Below, piece by piece: positions 9,038 through 17,803 of a stretch of DNA of 64,000 nucleotides. The DNA is taken from NCBI GenBank assembly GCA_013214205.1, contig JABSPQ010000064.1, positions 6,371 through 70,370 of the forward strand, read 5' to 3'. A program made the position numbers and the translations under genes. The stretch's first letter is position 1; every line of letters starts with the position of its first letter. The stretch is from Flavobacteriales bacterium. Lineage in GTDB: Bacteria > Bacteroidota > Bacteroidia > DT-38. Below the pieces are notes generated by a model, which had not been told where the DNA came from, ran no database searches, and saw nothing but the letters and a program-made list of their open reading frames with translations.

Positions 9038-10537
9038 TCAAAGATAAGAATCTATCATGTTTCTTGCTACACTTATGTTCTTTGCAGAAGGAATATGTTG
9101 ATAGACTAAATAATGTAGGTCGTAATCTAAAGATAGCCCGATACTTAAAAAATATAATGATTCGGGGATGCAATCGTCGATTAACAAGAAGGAAGTTAAT
9201 ATGTAATAGAAAGATGCATTTTCCGGCATCCAATCTACCCCTTTCTGAATCAGAATGATAGCATCGTTTAGCTTTTTTTGTTCAATTAAAAAGTTGGCAT
9301 AATGAATCCAAATCGCTTCGCTATCAGGATCGAGTTTCAACGCTTTTCTATAGGCATTTAAAGCAGTATGCGTATAATTTAGTTTAGAATTAACTTCCGC
9401 ATAAATATGCCAATACTGTGCACAGGTTGGTTCTAACGTAATTGCTTTTCTTATATAGGAAACGGCTCCTTCTGCATTCTTTTCAAAATCGGTTGTCGCC
9501 GACATGCCTATCCAACCATCAGCAAATAGGGGATCTAAAGTTGTGCAGTTTTTGTAATAATTAAATGCGTTCTCTAAATCATCCAACTCTTCGTAGCACT
9601 CGGCTATAGAATAATAGGTTATAGATTCGGGAGATTCGTGCTTAAAAGTTTCTTTATAAACTTCAATTGCTTCCTCGTATTCATCTAAACTAGCCAAAGA
9701 ACATGCTTTGCTAAAGTAAGCCGACGAGAAATCGTCTTTTATAACAATTGCAAAATCGAATGATTCAATAGACTTTTCGATTTTTCCTAAATTGAAATAG
9801 GCCATTCCAAGATTAAACCAATTGAGATAAGAGTAAGGCTCTTGGTCTAATACAATGTTGTAAAGTTTAATGCTTCTTTTAAAATTTTTAACAATATCGC
9901 AGCACATGGCCAATTCCATAATTGTTTCAAAATTCTCAGGATCGAGCCTTAAAGCCTTTTCCAGCATTTCTTTCGCTAAATCATGTTGGTCTAATATTTT
10001 ATACTCTTCGGCCAAACACAAATAAGGCTCGTCGTCGGGTTCCTCCATGTTTGCAATAGACTCTTTAAAGCAATTAATTGCATCTCTGTGATATTTTTTT
10101 CTGCTATTAATTACTCCTTTTAATAACAGCATTTCCGAATTGGTTGGCTCTAATACTTCTACTTTAACCAACGACTCTATGGCCTCATTAATATTATTTT
10201 GGCTAATTAATACCTGCGTTTTCCAAAGTAATAATATAGAAGAGAAAGGATGCTGAGAGATTCCGATATTTAACGCTACGATAGCTTTTTTGTACTGAAA
10301 GGTATCCATGTAATGAGAAGTTACCAATTCCATTTCGTCAATGTCGATGAAATGTACTTGATCTTCTTTAACCATTAACTCAAATCGCTTGATTTGACTT
10401 CTAAACTGGTTGGGAAATTCATTCCTTGGCTCTCCTGTCATAGGCAATGTCGCGCTTTGTACCAAAGTAAAGAAATAGAAAACGGGTTTGAGCACCAAGC
10501 AGTTTATTGTTTTCAACAAAGAAATTAACAATTTCAA
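9038..10537 (-). CDS. tetratricopeptide-repeat protein
   Basis: 499 aa with many 34-aa TPR-like units (e.g. AYFNLGKIEKSIESFDFAIVIKDDF; AECYEELDDLENAFNYYKNCTTLDP). The listed start is a TTG, so the true start is uncertain. Confidence 0.65.
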   Translation of the reverse strand: MKLLISLLKTINCLVLKPVFYFFTLVQSATLPMTGEPRNEFPNQFRSQIKRFELMVKEDQVHFIDIDEMELVTSHYMDTFQYKKAIVALNIGISQHPFSSILLLWKTQVLISQNNINEAIESLVKVEVLEPTNSEMLLLKGVINSRKKYHRDAINCFKESIANMEEPDDEPYLCLAEEYKILDQHDLAKEMLEKALRLDPENFETIMELAMCCDIVKNFKRSIKLYNIVLDQEPYSYLNWFNLGMAYFNLGKIEKSIESFDFAIVIKDDFSSAYFSKACSLASLDEYEEAIEVYKETFKHESPESITYYSIAECYEELDDLENAFNYYKNCTTLDPLFADGWIGMSATTDFEKNAEGAVSYIRKAITLEPTCAQYWHIYAEVNSKLNYTHTALNAYRKALKLDPDSEAIWIHYANFLIEQKKLNDAIILIQKGVDWMPENASFYYILTSFLLIDDCIPESLYFLSIGLSLDYDLHYLVYQHIPSAKNISVARNMIDSYL

Positions 10538-10608
10538 AGCACCTTTATTTTAAATAAAAATTTAAAATTCTATAAAGATAAAGCGATAGTATATAGTTGC
10601 TAAATCGA

Positions 10609-10616
10609 TACTTTTG
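10609..10616 (+). promoter_or_regulatory. candidate -7 box TACTTTTG
   Basis: Matches TAnnTTTG and ends 17 nt before the glmM ATG at 10634. Confidence 0.45.
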
Positions 10617-10633
10617 CACAAATTATCTTATAG

Positions 10634-12016
10634 ATGACATTAATTAAATCCATTTCTGGAATTAGAGGAACGATTGGCGGAGCACCAGGCGAATCGTTAA
10701 CTCCGTTTGACGTAGTAAAGTACATAACAGCTTATTCGGCTTGGATGAAAGAGCATTTATCCAAAGATGAATACACTGTAATTGTAGGAAGAGATGCTAG
10801 GTTATCGGGTAAAATGATCAATCAAATAGTTAACTCTACTTTTCAAAGTTTAGGGGTAAATGTGGTTGACATAGGCTTAACTACAACACCAACTGTAGAA
10901 ATTGCGGTAACCGACGAAAATGCTGATGGAGGAATAATTATTACAGCAAGTCATAATCCCAAAAACTGGAATGCATTAAAACTCCTGAATAATAAAGGTG
11001 AATTTTTATCGGCAAGCGATGGTGAAAGAATCTTAGAAATAGCAGAATCGAACGATTTTAACTTTGCAGAAGTAGATGATTTAGGTGGATGTGTAGAAAA
11101 GGACTACTTAGAAAAACACATTCAACACATATTAGATTTAGAATTGGTAGATGTTGAAGCCATTAAGGCACGCAACTTTAAAGTGGCTATTGATTGCGTT
11201 AATTCATCGGGTGGAATTTACATCCCAGCTTTATTAAAGAAGTTAGGCGTCGACAATATTATAGAATTATTTTGCGATCCTAGTGGACATTTCCCGCACA
11301 ATCCTGAACCTTTACCAGAAAACCTTACGGAAATTTCTGCAACGGTTGTGGAGAGTGGCGCCGATTTAGGCATTGTGGTAGATCCTGATGTAGACAGACT
11401 TGCTTTGGTATGCGAAAATGGTGATATGTTTGGCGAGGAGTACACATTGGTTGCTGTTGCTGATTATGTAACTAAGCACACCGGAGGAAATACGGTTTCT
11501 AATTTATCCTCTACTAGAGCTTTGCGAGATGTAACCGAAAGCGCAGGGTATGAATACCATGAAGCAGCTGTGGGAGAGGTAAACGTAGTTACCAAAATGA
11601 AAGAGTGTAACGCTGTAATAGGCGGTGAAGGTAACGGAGGAGTAATATATCCAGCTTTTCATTACGGAAGAGATGCATTGGTTGGAATCGCTTTGTTTTT
11701 ATCTCACTTAGCAAAAATGGATTTAAAAGTGTCGGAACTAAGAAATAGCTACCCGAACTACTTTATTTCAAAAAACAAAATAGAATTAACGCCAGATACA
11801 CAAGTTGATGAGTTGCTTAAGAAAATGAAGGCTAAATATGCCGACAAACCTATTAACGATATCGATGGTGTTAAAATAGCGTTTGATAAGGAGTGGGTTC
11901 ATTTAAGAAAATCTAACACCGAACCAATTATTCGAATATATGCAGAAAGCGAATCGGAAACTACTGCAAATGAATTGGCAAGTAAAATAATGTCGGAAAT
12001 AAAAGAATTGAGTTAA
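10634..12016 (+). CDS. glmM: phosphoglucosamine mutase-type alpha-D-phosphohexomutase
   Basis: 460 aa with phosphoserine loop TASHNP and Mg loop VDPDVDR. The N-terminus MTLIKSISGIRG is typical of Bacteroidota GlmM. Sugar specificity cannot be proven by eye. Confidence 0.8.
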   Translation: MTLIKSISGIRGTIGGAPGESLTPFDVVKYITAYSAWMKEHLSKDEYTVIVGRDARLSGKMINQIVNSTFQSLGVNVVDIGLTTTPTVEIAVTDENADGGIIITASHNPKNWNALKLLNNKGEFLSASDGERILEIAESNDFNFAEVDDLGGCVEKDYLEKHIQHILDLELVDVEAIKARNFKVAIDCVNSSGGIYIPALLKKLGVDNIIELFCDPSGHFPHNPEPLPENLTEISATVVESGADLGIVVDPDVDRLALVCENGDMFGEEYTLVAVADYVTKHTGGNTVSNLSSTRALRDVTESAGYEYHEAAVGEVNVVTKMKECNAVIGGEGNGGVIYPAFHYGRDALVGIALFLSHLAKMDLKVSELRNSYPNYFISKNKIELTPDTQVDELLKKMKAKYADKPINDIDGVKIAFDKEWVHLRKSNTEPIIRIYAESESETTANELASKIMSEIKELS

Positions 12017-13155
12017 TGGATATTTATTTTGACAATGCTGCAACTTCTCCGCTTGCAAAAGAAGTAAGAGATGTAATGGTGGAGTTAATGGATAGCTCTT
12101 TTGGAAACCCATCGTCTATTCATAAAAAAGGAAGAGAAGCGAAGGTTGTTATAGAAAACGCGAGAAAAGCCATAGCTAATTTATTAAACGTATCGCCTGG
12201 CGAAGTATTTTTTACATCGGGAGGCACGGAGGCCGATAACATGGCCATTGTTTGCTCTGTAAACGATTTAGGAATTGATCACATTATTACTTCCAGAATA
12301 GAGCACCATGCGGTTTTACATACTGCAGAACGTATGGAACAACAACGCGACGTTAAGTTAAGCTTCGTTGATTTAAAACCGGATGGACAAGTCGATTTGG
12401 ATCACCTTAAATCCTTACTGGAGGAAGACGGTAAAACATTGGTTTCGTTAATGCATGGTAATAACGAGATTGGAAATTTACTTCCTATAGCAGAAGTAGG
12501 AGCGATGTGCAAGGAGCATGGTGCATTGTTTCATTCGGATACCGTGCAAACAATGGGGCATTACCCGTTTGATTTACAAGAAATTACAGTTGATTTTATT
12601 ACTTGTTCTGCACATAAAATTCATGGTCCGAAAGGAGTGGGGTTTTTGTACATAAGAAACGATGTGAGCATTAAACCTTTTATTTGCGGTGGTGCACAAG
12701 AGCGAAACATGAGGGGAGGGACGGAAAACATTTTCGGAATTTCTGCTTTAGCTAAAGCCTTTAAACTTGCCCATGAAGACATGGAAGTTCACAGAACTCA
12801 CATTGAAGGTTTGAAAAGCTACATGATAGAAAGTTTGAAAAACAACATTAGTGGCGTTGAATTTAACGGGAATATTGAAACAGATAATTCGCTGTATACC
12901 GTTTTAAGTGTATTGTTTCCAAAATCGAGCACCAGCGAAATGATGTTGTTTAATTTAGACATTGCAGGAATTGCGGCTTCGGGCGGTAGCGCTTGCACTT
13001 CGGGAAGTAATCAAGGTTCGCATGTATTAAAAGGAATTGGGACGGATCAAGAAAGACCTGCTGTTCGATTTTCTTTTAGTAGATTCAATACCAAAGAAGA
13101 AATAGACTTTTGTGTTGCTAAACTCACGGAGCTTATTGGAGCAAATAATAATTAA
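12016..13155 (+). CDS. cysteine desulfurase (class V aminotransferase, NifS/IscS-like)
   Basis: 379 aa with PLP-lysine motif SAHKIHGPKG and catalytic Cys loop SGGSACTS. The start overlaps the glmM stop (TAATG). Confidence 0.85.
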   Translation: MDIYFDNAATSPLAKEVRDVMVELMDSSFGNPSSIHKKGREAKVVIENARKAIANLLNVSPGEVFFTSGGTEADNMAIVCSVNDLGIDHIITSRIEHHAVLHTAERMEQQRDVKLSFVDLKPDGQVDLDHLKSLLEEDGKTLVSLMHGNNEIGNLLPIAEVGAMCKEHGALFHSDTVQTMGHYPFDLQEITVDFITCSAHKIHGPKGVGFLYIRNDVSIKPFICGGAQERNMRGGTENIFGISALAKAFKLAHEDMEVHRTHIEGLKSYMIESLKNNISGVEFNGNIETDNSLYTVLSVLFPKSSTSEMMLFNLDIAGIAASGGSACTSGSNQGSHVLKGIGTDQERPAVRFSFSRFNTKEEIDFCVAKLTELIGANNN

Positions 13156-13161
13156 CGGATT

Positions 13162-13923
13162 GTGAAAGTTACATTTTTAGGTACAGGTACATCTCAAGGA
13201 GTTCCGGTAATTGCATGCGATTGTGATGTGTGTTTATCGGACGATCCTAAGGATGCTAGATTGAGAACATCTGTAATGCTAGAAATAAACGACAAGGTGT
13301 TTGTTATTGATACTGGTCCAGACTTTCGGCAGCAGATGCTTAACCATAAAGTAAATAACCTAACGGCTGTTTTGTTTACACATGAACACAAAGATCATGT
13401 GGCTGGCTTAGACGACGTAAGAGCTTTCAACTTTAAGCTAAAGAAGGATGTTGACGTTTATGCTACAGGTAGGGTGCAGGAGGCTTTAAAACGTGAATTT
13501 CATTATGTTTTTAGCGGCGTACAGTATCCCGGGATTCCTCGAATTGAATTGCATGACTTGCCTATGACGCCTTTTAAAATTGAAGGGGTGGAGTTTAGGC
13601 CTTTTATTGTCTATCATCATAAGCTGCCCGTAGTAGGATTCAGAATAGGGGACTTTACTTACATTACGGATGCCAACCGAATTCCAGATGAAAGCAAAGA
13701 GGTAATTGAAGGTACCAAAACGCTTGTGTTGAATGCGCTTAGAAAAGAAGATCACATTTCTCATTTCAATTTAGATCAAGCTATAGAAGTAGTAAAAGAG
13801 TTTGAACCTGATGAGGCTTATTTTGTTCATATGAGTCATTATATAGGGAAACATGTTGATGTTGAGTCAGATTTGGATTCTAATATTCATTTGGCTTATG
13901 ATGGTCTTCAGATAGTTGTTTAG
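13162..13923 (+). CDS. MBL-fold metallo-hydrolase (PhnP-like)
   Basis: 253 aa with HxHxDH motif (THEHKDHVAG), N-terminal GTGTSQGVP, and a Cys cluster CDCDVC. Confidence 0.75.
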   Translation: MKVTFLGTGTSQGVPVIACDCDVCLSDDPKDARLRTSVMLEINDKVFVIDTGPDFRQQMLNHKVNNLTAVLFTHEHKDHVAGLDDVRAFNFKLKKDVDVYATGRVQEALKREFHYVFSGVQYPGIPRIELHDLPMTPFKIEGVEFRPFIVYHHKLPVVGFRIGDFTYITDANRIPDESKEVIEGTKTLVLNALRKEDHISHFNLDQAIEVVKEFEPDEAYFVHMSHYIGKHVDVESDLDSNIHLAYDGLQIVV

Positions 13924-14038
13924 TGGATATGGTGGAAAGCCTTGTTCTCTATACAGTTTTCTTCGAAAACCACTCGAACTGACACGCACGTACCAGCAAG
14001 GGCGGACAGTCTTTTATTAAATTTCAAATAAGCGCATG

Positions 14039-14072
14039 AAAAAAGCCAGTATCGTTGCGCTTAGATACTGGC
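14039..14072 (-). terminator. rho-independent terminator closing the paralog array
   Basis: Perfect 9-bp stem GCCAGTATC (14045-14053) / GATACTGGC (14064-14072) with a 10-nt loop. A6 on the plus strand (14039-14044) gives a T6 tail on the minus strand. Confidence 0.6.
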
Positions 14073-14085
14073 TTTCCGAAAGGAA
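14071..14085. repeat. left copy of 15-nt direct repeat GCTTTCCGAAAGGAA
   Basis: An identical 15-mer recurs at 19497-19511. It extends to 17/18 with yAG and contains a TTCC-GAAA-GGAA mini-hairpin (GNRA loop). Confidence 0.6.
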
Positions 14086-14102
14086 CAGAATTAATCTGGT
14101 CT

Positions 14103-14146
14103 ATTCATGAACATTCGTCTAACCACAAACTTTATTATTCATGAAC
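14103..14146. repeat. 11-nt direct repeat TATTCATGAAC x2
   Basis: Copies lie at 14103-14113 and 14136-14146, in the non-coding stretch between the array terminator and the pseudogene stop. Confidence 0.6.
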
Positions 14147-14188
14147 GTTTAGTAATGGTATTACCCCAAAAGTGATTGCTACCCTAAA

Positions 14189-15226
14189 TTAATTGATAAA
14201 AACTTTTTTTGATTGTGAACCTCGGTCGGAATCCACTTTTACAAGATACAAACCACTTTCTCGCCCATTTATTCGAATGGTGTTGTTTTCGCCTTTAATC
14301 GGTTGAGACTTGGATTACCTGCCCGTTAAGGTTATAGATGGTAATAGTGCCTTTCGCACTTTTGCCAACCATGGTAACTTTTATATCTCTTTGATGACTG
14401 TAAATAGCAACTCGATCATTCAATTCTTGATCATGGATTCCAACGTTGAAATCAATTACTGCTGGCTTGTCGGGTATTTGCTCATACCCCCAACCTTTAA
14501 TAGTGTAGCTAGAAGCATCGATACCTACACTTAAACAAATCCATCCGTAATGTATGCTACTATCTCCTGAAGGGCCTGGTAGACCGGGTATATTAGAGAA
14601 GTCATAATAATAACCATCATCAATTGATACAAATTTAAAACCTATGTATTTGTCTGTTTTTCCATCCCAGTTGCCCAATACCTTATTGGGGTTGCTATCA
14701 TAACTCCTGACTAATAAAGCTGATTGCGCCCAGTTTTGTTCATTGTTTGAACTGTTATTAGAGCCTATAACATCCCCTTGATTAAAGGTATTTGCAAGAT
14801 ATTTGTACTGAGTAGTTGTTCCTACATATTGTGTTGTAGAAGTTGAACCATAAATAGTTGATAAAGTATTTGTAATGGTTTGGCTCGTATACTGGAAAGC
14901 CATTTTTGTAACTATTATACTGTTGGTTTCATGGTACTTGTTATTACCGTAAGTTTCAAAAGTTGCCCATCATTACTCGCATAAGACTCATTTGAGTAAT
15001 TAGAAAGTTTAAAGGAAAAATCGATAATATGATCTCTTAAATCTCCGCCGTTGTTAATGTTGATTGAGTAGAAGCCTGAAGTGTCTTGCGGGTTTAGCAT
15101 AGTTGAATCGGGGTCTACGTTGTAAACATATAGAGATGCATTTGCAACTATTGGAGCAGTAAGCAAAGCAGAAGCAATAGTAGAGTAGGCGGCAAGTTTT
15201 TTTATTGAATCGTTGGTCTTAATCAT
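14189..15226 (-). pseudogene. decayed fourth copy of the T9SS-cargo paralog family (two frameshifts)
   Basis: ORFs 14915-15226 (N-terminal part) and 14295-14903 (middle part) plus an unlisted reading at 14189-14314 (SKSQPIKGENNTIRINGRESGLYLVKVDSDRGSQSKKVFIN*) together align with the intact paralogs. The N- and C-terminal parts share one frame and the middle part is in another. The span of 1038 nt is 346 codons. Confidence 0.7.
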
Positions 15227-15291
15227 ATAATTTGAATTGAATGGTTTATGCTAGTTACCTTAAGAAATAATGATTATGCCTGCTAAGAAAC

Positions 15292-15320
15292 AAAAAAGGC
15301 TCTATTAAATAGAGCCTTTT
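15292..15320 (-). terminator. rho-independent terminator of paralog A
   Basis: Stem AAGGCTCTAT (15296-15305) / ATAGAGCCTT (15309-15318). The A-run at 15292-15297 gives a T-run after the hairpin on the minus strand, 10 nt downstream of the stop at 15330. Confidence 0.6.
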
Positions 15321-15329
15321 GAATTAATT

Positions 15330-16382
15330 TTATTGAATGTACACCTTCTGTGTACGTGTGCCACCGTCTACATCAACTTTAACAAAGTAGAGACCATCGT
15401 TTCGTCCATTAATACGAAGGCTATTGTTACGTCCTTTAATTGGTTCCGACTGCACTAGCTTTCCGCTGATATCGTAAATAGATATGCTTCCTTTGGTACT
15501 TCGGGTTCCTTTAAGATTCACATTTACAGTTCTGTCGTAACTATATATTGATACTTTACTTTCAAGGTTTCTTGTAGCAATTCCTATAAAATTAGTATCT
15601 AATACTGGCATAGGAGTTAAATTACACTCATCTGTAAAGTCAACCGAGTCCATATTGGCAAGTGCTGGTTCTCCTGGAGTATCGTTGTACGCCCATGCCT
15701 GAACTGTGTAACTAACAGCATCGACTCCTACACTCATATAGATCCAGCCATAAAATCTTGTGGTGTCCCAAACAGTGTCGCCAATAAACGATTTACTCGC
15801 ATCTACGTCCCATGTAACAAAAGTTAAACCTAAATACTTGTCGGTTTTTTCACCCCAATTTCCCCAAGAGTTACTAGGGTTTGTATCGTATCCCCAAGCT
15901 AACGTTGCTGTATCGCTAGCGAACATGGCATCATCAGTAGCCGCATCAGGACCAACGTAAGAACCTGTACTCATTACTTTTGCTTTCCATAATTTGTAAG
16001 TAGAGGAGCCTTGAGTATTTATTGCTCCGAGCGAAGTAGTAGTTGTTACGCTAGAGTTAACATAGGCTTTAGAAGAAGCAAGTACACCATTATATGTGTA
16101 AGCATATATTGCTAAGTTACGTCCATTTTCGGAGGAAGTTGTTGCTGAAAGCGTTTGTGTTATTGAGAATTCAAAATCTCCACCTTCATCGCAATATCCA
16201 CCACGATTATTGATATTAATAACAAAATAACCTGCGGTATCTGCAGGGTTAAATCTAGTGGAATCGGGATCGAGGTTATAACCAACTAATTCGGCATTGG
16301 CATATTGATTAACTCCAACTACAGCTCCTATGACGCTAGAGTAGGTGGCAATTTTTTTTAATAGTTCGTTTGTGTTTTTCAT
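15330..16382 (-). CDS. T9SS-sorted secreted protein, uncharacterised paralog family (copy A)
   Basis: 350 aa with a signal peptide ending YANA/ELVGY and conserved blocks NSWGNWGEKTDKYLGLTF and FYGWIYMSVGVDAVSYTVQAWAYNDTPGEPA. The C-terminal sorting domain is ISIYDISGKLVQSEPIKGRNNSLRINGRNDGLYFVKVDVDGGTRTQKVYIQ. Confidence 0.8.
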   Translation of the reverse strand: MKNTNELLKKIATYSSVIGAVVGVNQYANAELVGYNLDPDSTRFNPADTAGYFVININNRGGYCDEGGDFEFSITQTLSATTSSENGRNLAIYAYTYNGVLASSKAYVNSSVTTTTSLGAINTQGSSTYKLWKAKVMSTGSYVGPDAATDDAMFASDTATLAWGYDTNPSNSWGNWGEKTDKYLGLTFVTWDVDASKSFIGDTVWDTTRFYGWIYMSVGVDAVSYTVQAWAYNDTPGEPALANMDSVDFTDECNLTPMPVLDTNFIGIATRNLESKVSIYSYDRTVNVNLKGTRSTKGSISIYDISGKLVQSEPIKGRNNSLRINGRNDGLYFVKVDVDGGTRTQKVYIQ

Positions 16383-16539
16383 ATATTAGGTAATTTAGGT
16401 TTGAATGTGCAATCATCTTGGGCCTTGATAAAGCCTTATTACTTACTGTACCCCAAAAAACATGATATACCCTGAATGCGAAATGAAACTATTTTCAGAA
16501 AAATGAAATAGAAAAGTTTATTGCAAAAAAAACTTTTGA

Positions 16540-17622
16540 TTATTGGATAAATACCTTTTGGGTACGTGTTCCTCCATCAACGTCAACTTTAACAAAGTAA
16601 AGTCCGGTATTTCTACCGTCAACTCTTAACGCATTACTACGACCTTTGATTGGCTGAGATTGAACTAGTTTACCGCTCATATCATAAACAGAGATAATTC
16701 CTTTAGTGCTTTTAGTCCCGTTAAGCCCAACTCTAATGGTTCTATCATAACTGTATACAGAAACTTTATTATCTAATGATCTATCTACAATACCTTCGAA
16801 AGGATTCACTCTTAACTCAGGATAAGGTTCGGGTAAAATACATTCTGAATTGAAATTAACTGAATCTATATTTGTAATTGCCTTTTCGCCAGGCGTGTCA
16901 TTGTATGCCCATGCATTTATTGTGTAACTAGAAGCATCAATTCCAACACTCATATAAATCCATCCATAAAACCTAGTTGTGTCCCAAGCAGTATCACCAA
17001 TAAACGAATTGGCAGAATCTACTTCCCAGTAAACAAATGTTAAACCTAAATACTTGTCGGTTTTTCCACCCCAATTTCCCCAAGAGTTCGAAGAATTTGT
17101 GTAATAACCCCAAACTAATGTTGCATAAGCAGAAGCGAACTCTGCACCATCAGTAGCAACACCTGCACTAACAGTAGAGTTGGTACTAAGAACTTTTGCA
17201 GTCCAAAAAGTATAAGTTGCTGTCGCTCCTGTAACTGTGTACCAAGGAGCGCTATATGTAGCATCCGGACCTTGAGTAGATATTGTAGCACTAGAGTAGA
17301 AAAAAGTTGATGATGAAGCTAATACACCATTATAGGTGTAAGCATAAATCTCAAGATTTTTCCCATTACTAGAAGAAACTGCTCCTGCTAGGTAAGAAGA
17401 CATCCCAATGTCAAAATCAGCACCCTCGTCGCAATATGCACCTCTATTATTGATATTGAAAGTGTAAAATGAAGCCGTATCAATAGGGTTAATAAGAATT
17501 GAATCTGGATTTACGTCATATCCAACTAATTCTGCTTTAGCGTAATCGTTTACGCCAACAACAGCAGCAGCAACACTTGAGTACGTTGCTAATTGTTTTA
17601 ATAATTTGTTTGTTTGTTTCAT
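16540..17622 (-). CDS. T9SS-sorted secreted protein, uncharacterised paralog family (copy B)
   Basis: 360 aa, collinear with copy A and roughly 70% identical by eye, with the same blocks and sorting domain (...GLYFVKVDVDGGTRTQKVFIQ). Confidence 0.8.
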   Translation of the reverse strand: MKQTNKLLKQLATYSSVAAAVVGVNDYAKAELVGYDVNPDSILINPIDTASFYTFNINNRGAYCDEGADFDIGMSSYLAGAVSSSNGKNLEIYAYTYNGVLASSSTFFYSSATISTQGPDATYSAPWYTVTGATATYTFWTAKVLSTNSTVSAGVATDGAEFASAYATLVWGYYTNSSNSWGNWGGKTDKYLGLTFVYWEVDSANSFIGDTAWDTTRFYGWIYMSVGIDASSYTINAWAYNDTPGEKAITNIDSVNFNSECILPEPYPELRVNPFEGIVDRSLDNKVSVYSYDRTIRVGLNGTKSTKGIISVYDMSGKLVQSQPIKGRSNALRVDGRNTGLYFVKVDVDGGTRTQKVFIQ

Positions 17623-17803
17623 ACTTTAGCTTTTTTGCTTAATACATTATATGCGGTAAAATTAATTTTATTTTAACAATAACATAGTTTTAAATTCGCA
17701 ATTATAAGGAAAGGTCAGTTAAATTTTCGAATACGGTACTTGCTTAGTTCTCTGATAGAGCGTTACCTCGATTTGAGTAATTATTAAATTAATTTGTTGA
17801 TAA

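Noticed and set aside
9024-9258. Small ORFs at 9024-9233 (minus) and 9064-9258 (plus).
   Set aside because: Both lie inside or antisense to the 3' part of the TPR gene, which is the coherent reading frame.
12627-12636. Partial third copy (TCCGAAAGGA) of the array-flanking repeat.
   Set aside because: Only 10 of 15 nt match and it lies inside the cysteine desulfurase coding frame (HGPKGVG), which is consistent with chance.
13924-14038. A relatively GC-rich 115-nt segment after the MBL hydrolase gene (…CCACTCGAACTGACACGCACGTACCAGCAAGGGCGGACAG…), examined as a possible tRNA fragment, att site, SRP/6S-like RNA or terminator.
   Set aside because: I could not fold a tRNA T-arm or cloverleaf, found no SRP or tmRNA conserved motifs, and found no convincing stem. 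It remains unexplained but without positive evidence.
14204-14210. T7 homopolymer (A7 on the coding strand) near the end of the decayed paralog, considered as a slipped-strand frameshift site.
   Set aside because: Careful recounting shows the sorting-domain frame reads straight through it to ...SKKVFIN*, matching the intact copies (...QKVYIQ*). The real frame breaks are elsewhere.
16512-16537. AT-only hairpin AAAAGTT...AACTTTT after paralog B, considered as a terminator.
   Set aside because: The stem is 7 bp, all A/T apart from one G-C pair, with a 12-nt loop and no clear T-run on the minus strand. That is too weak to call.
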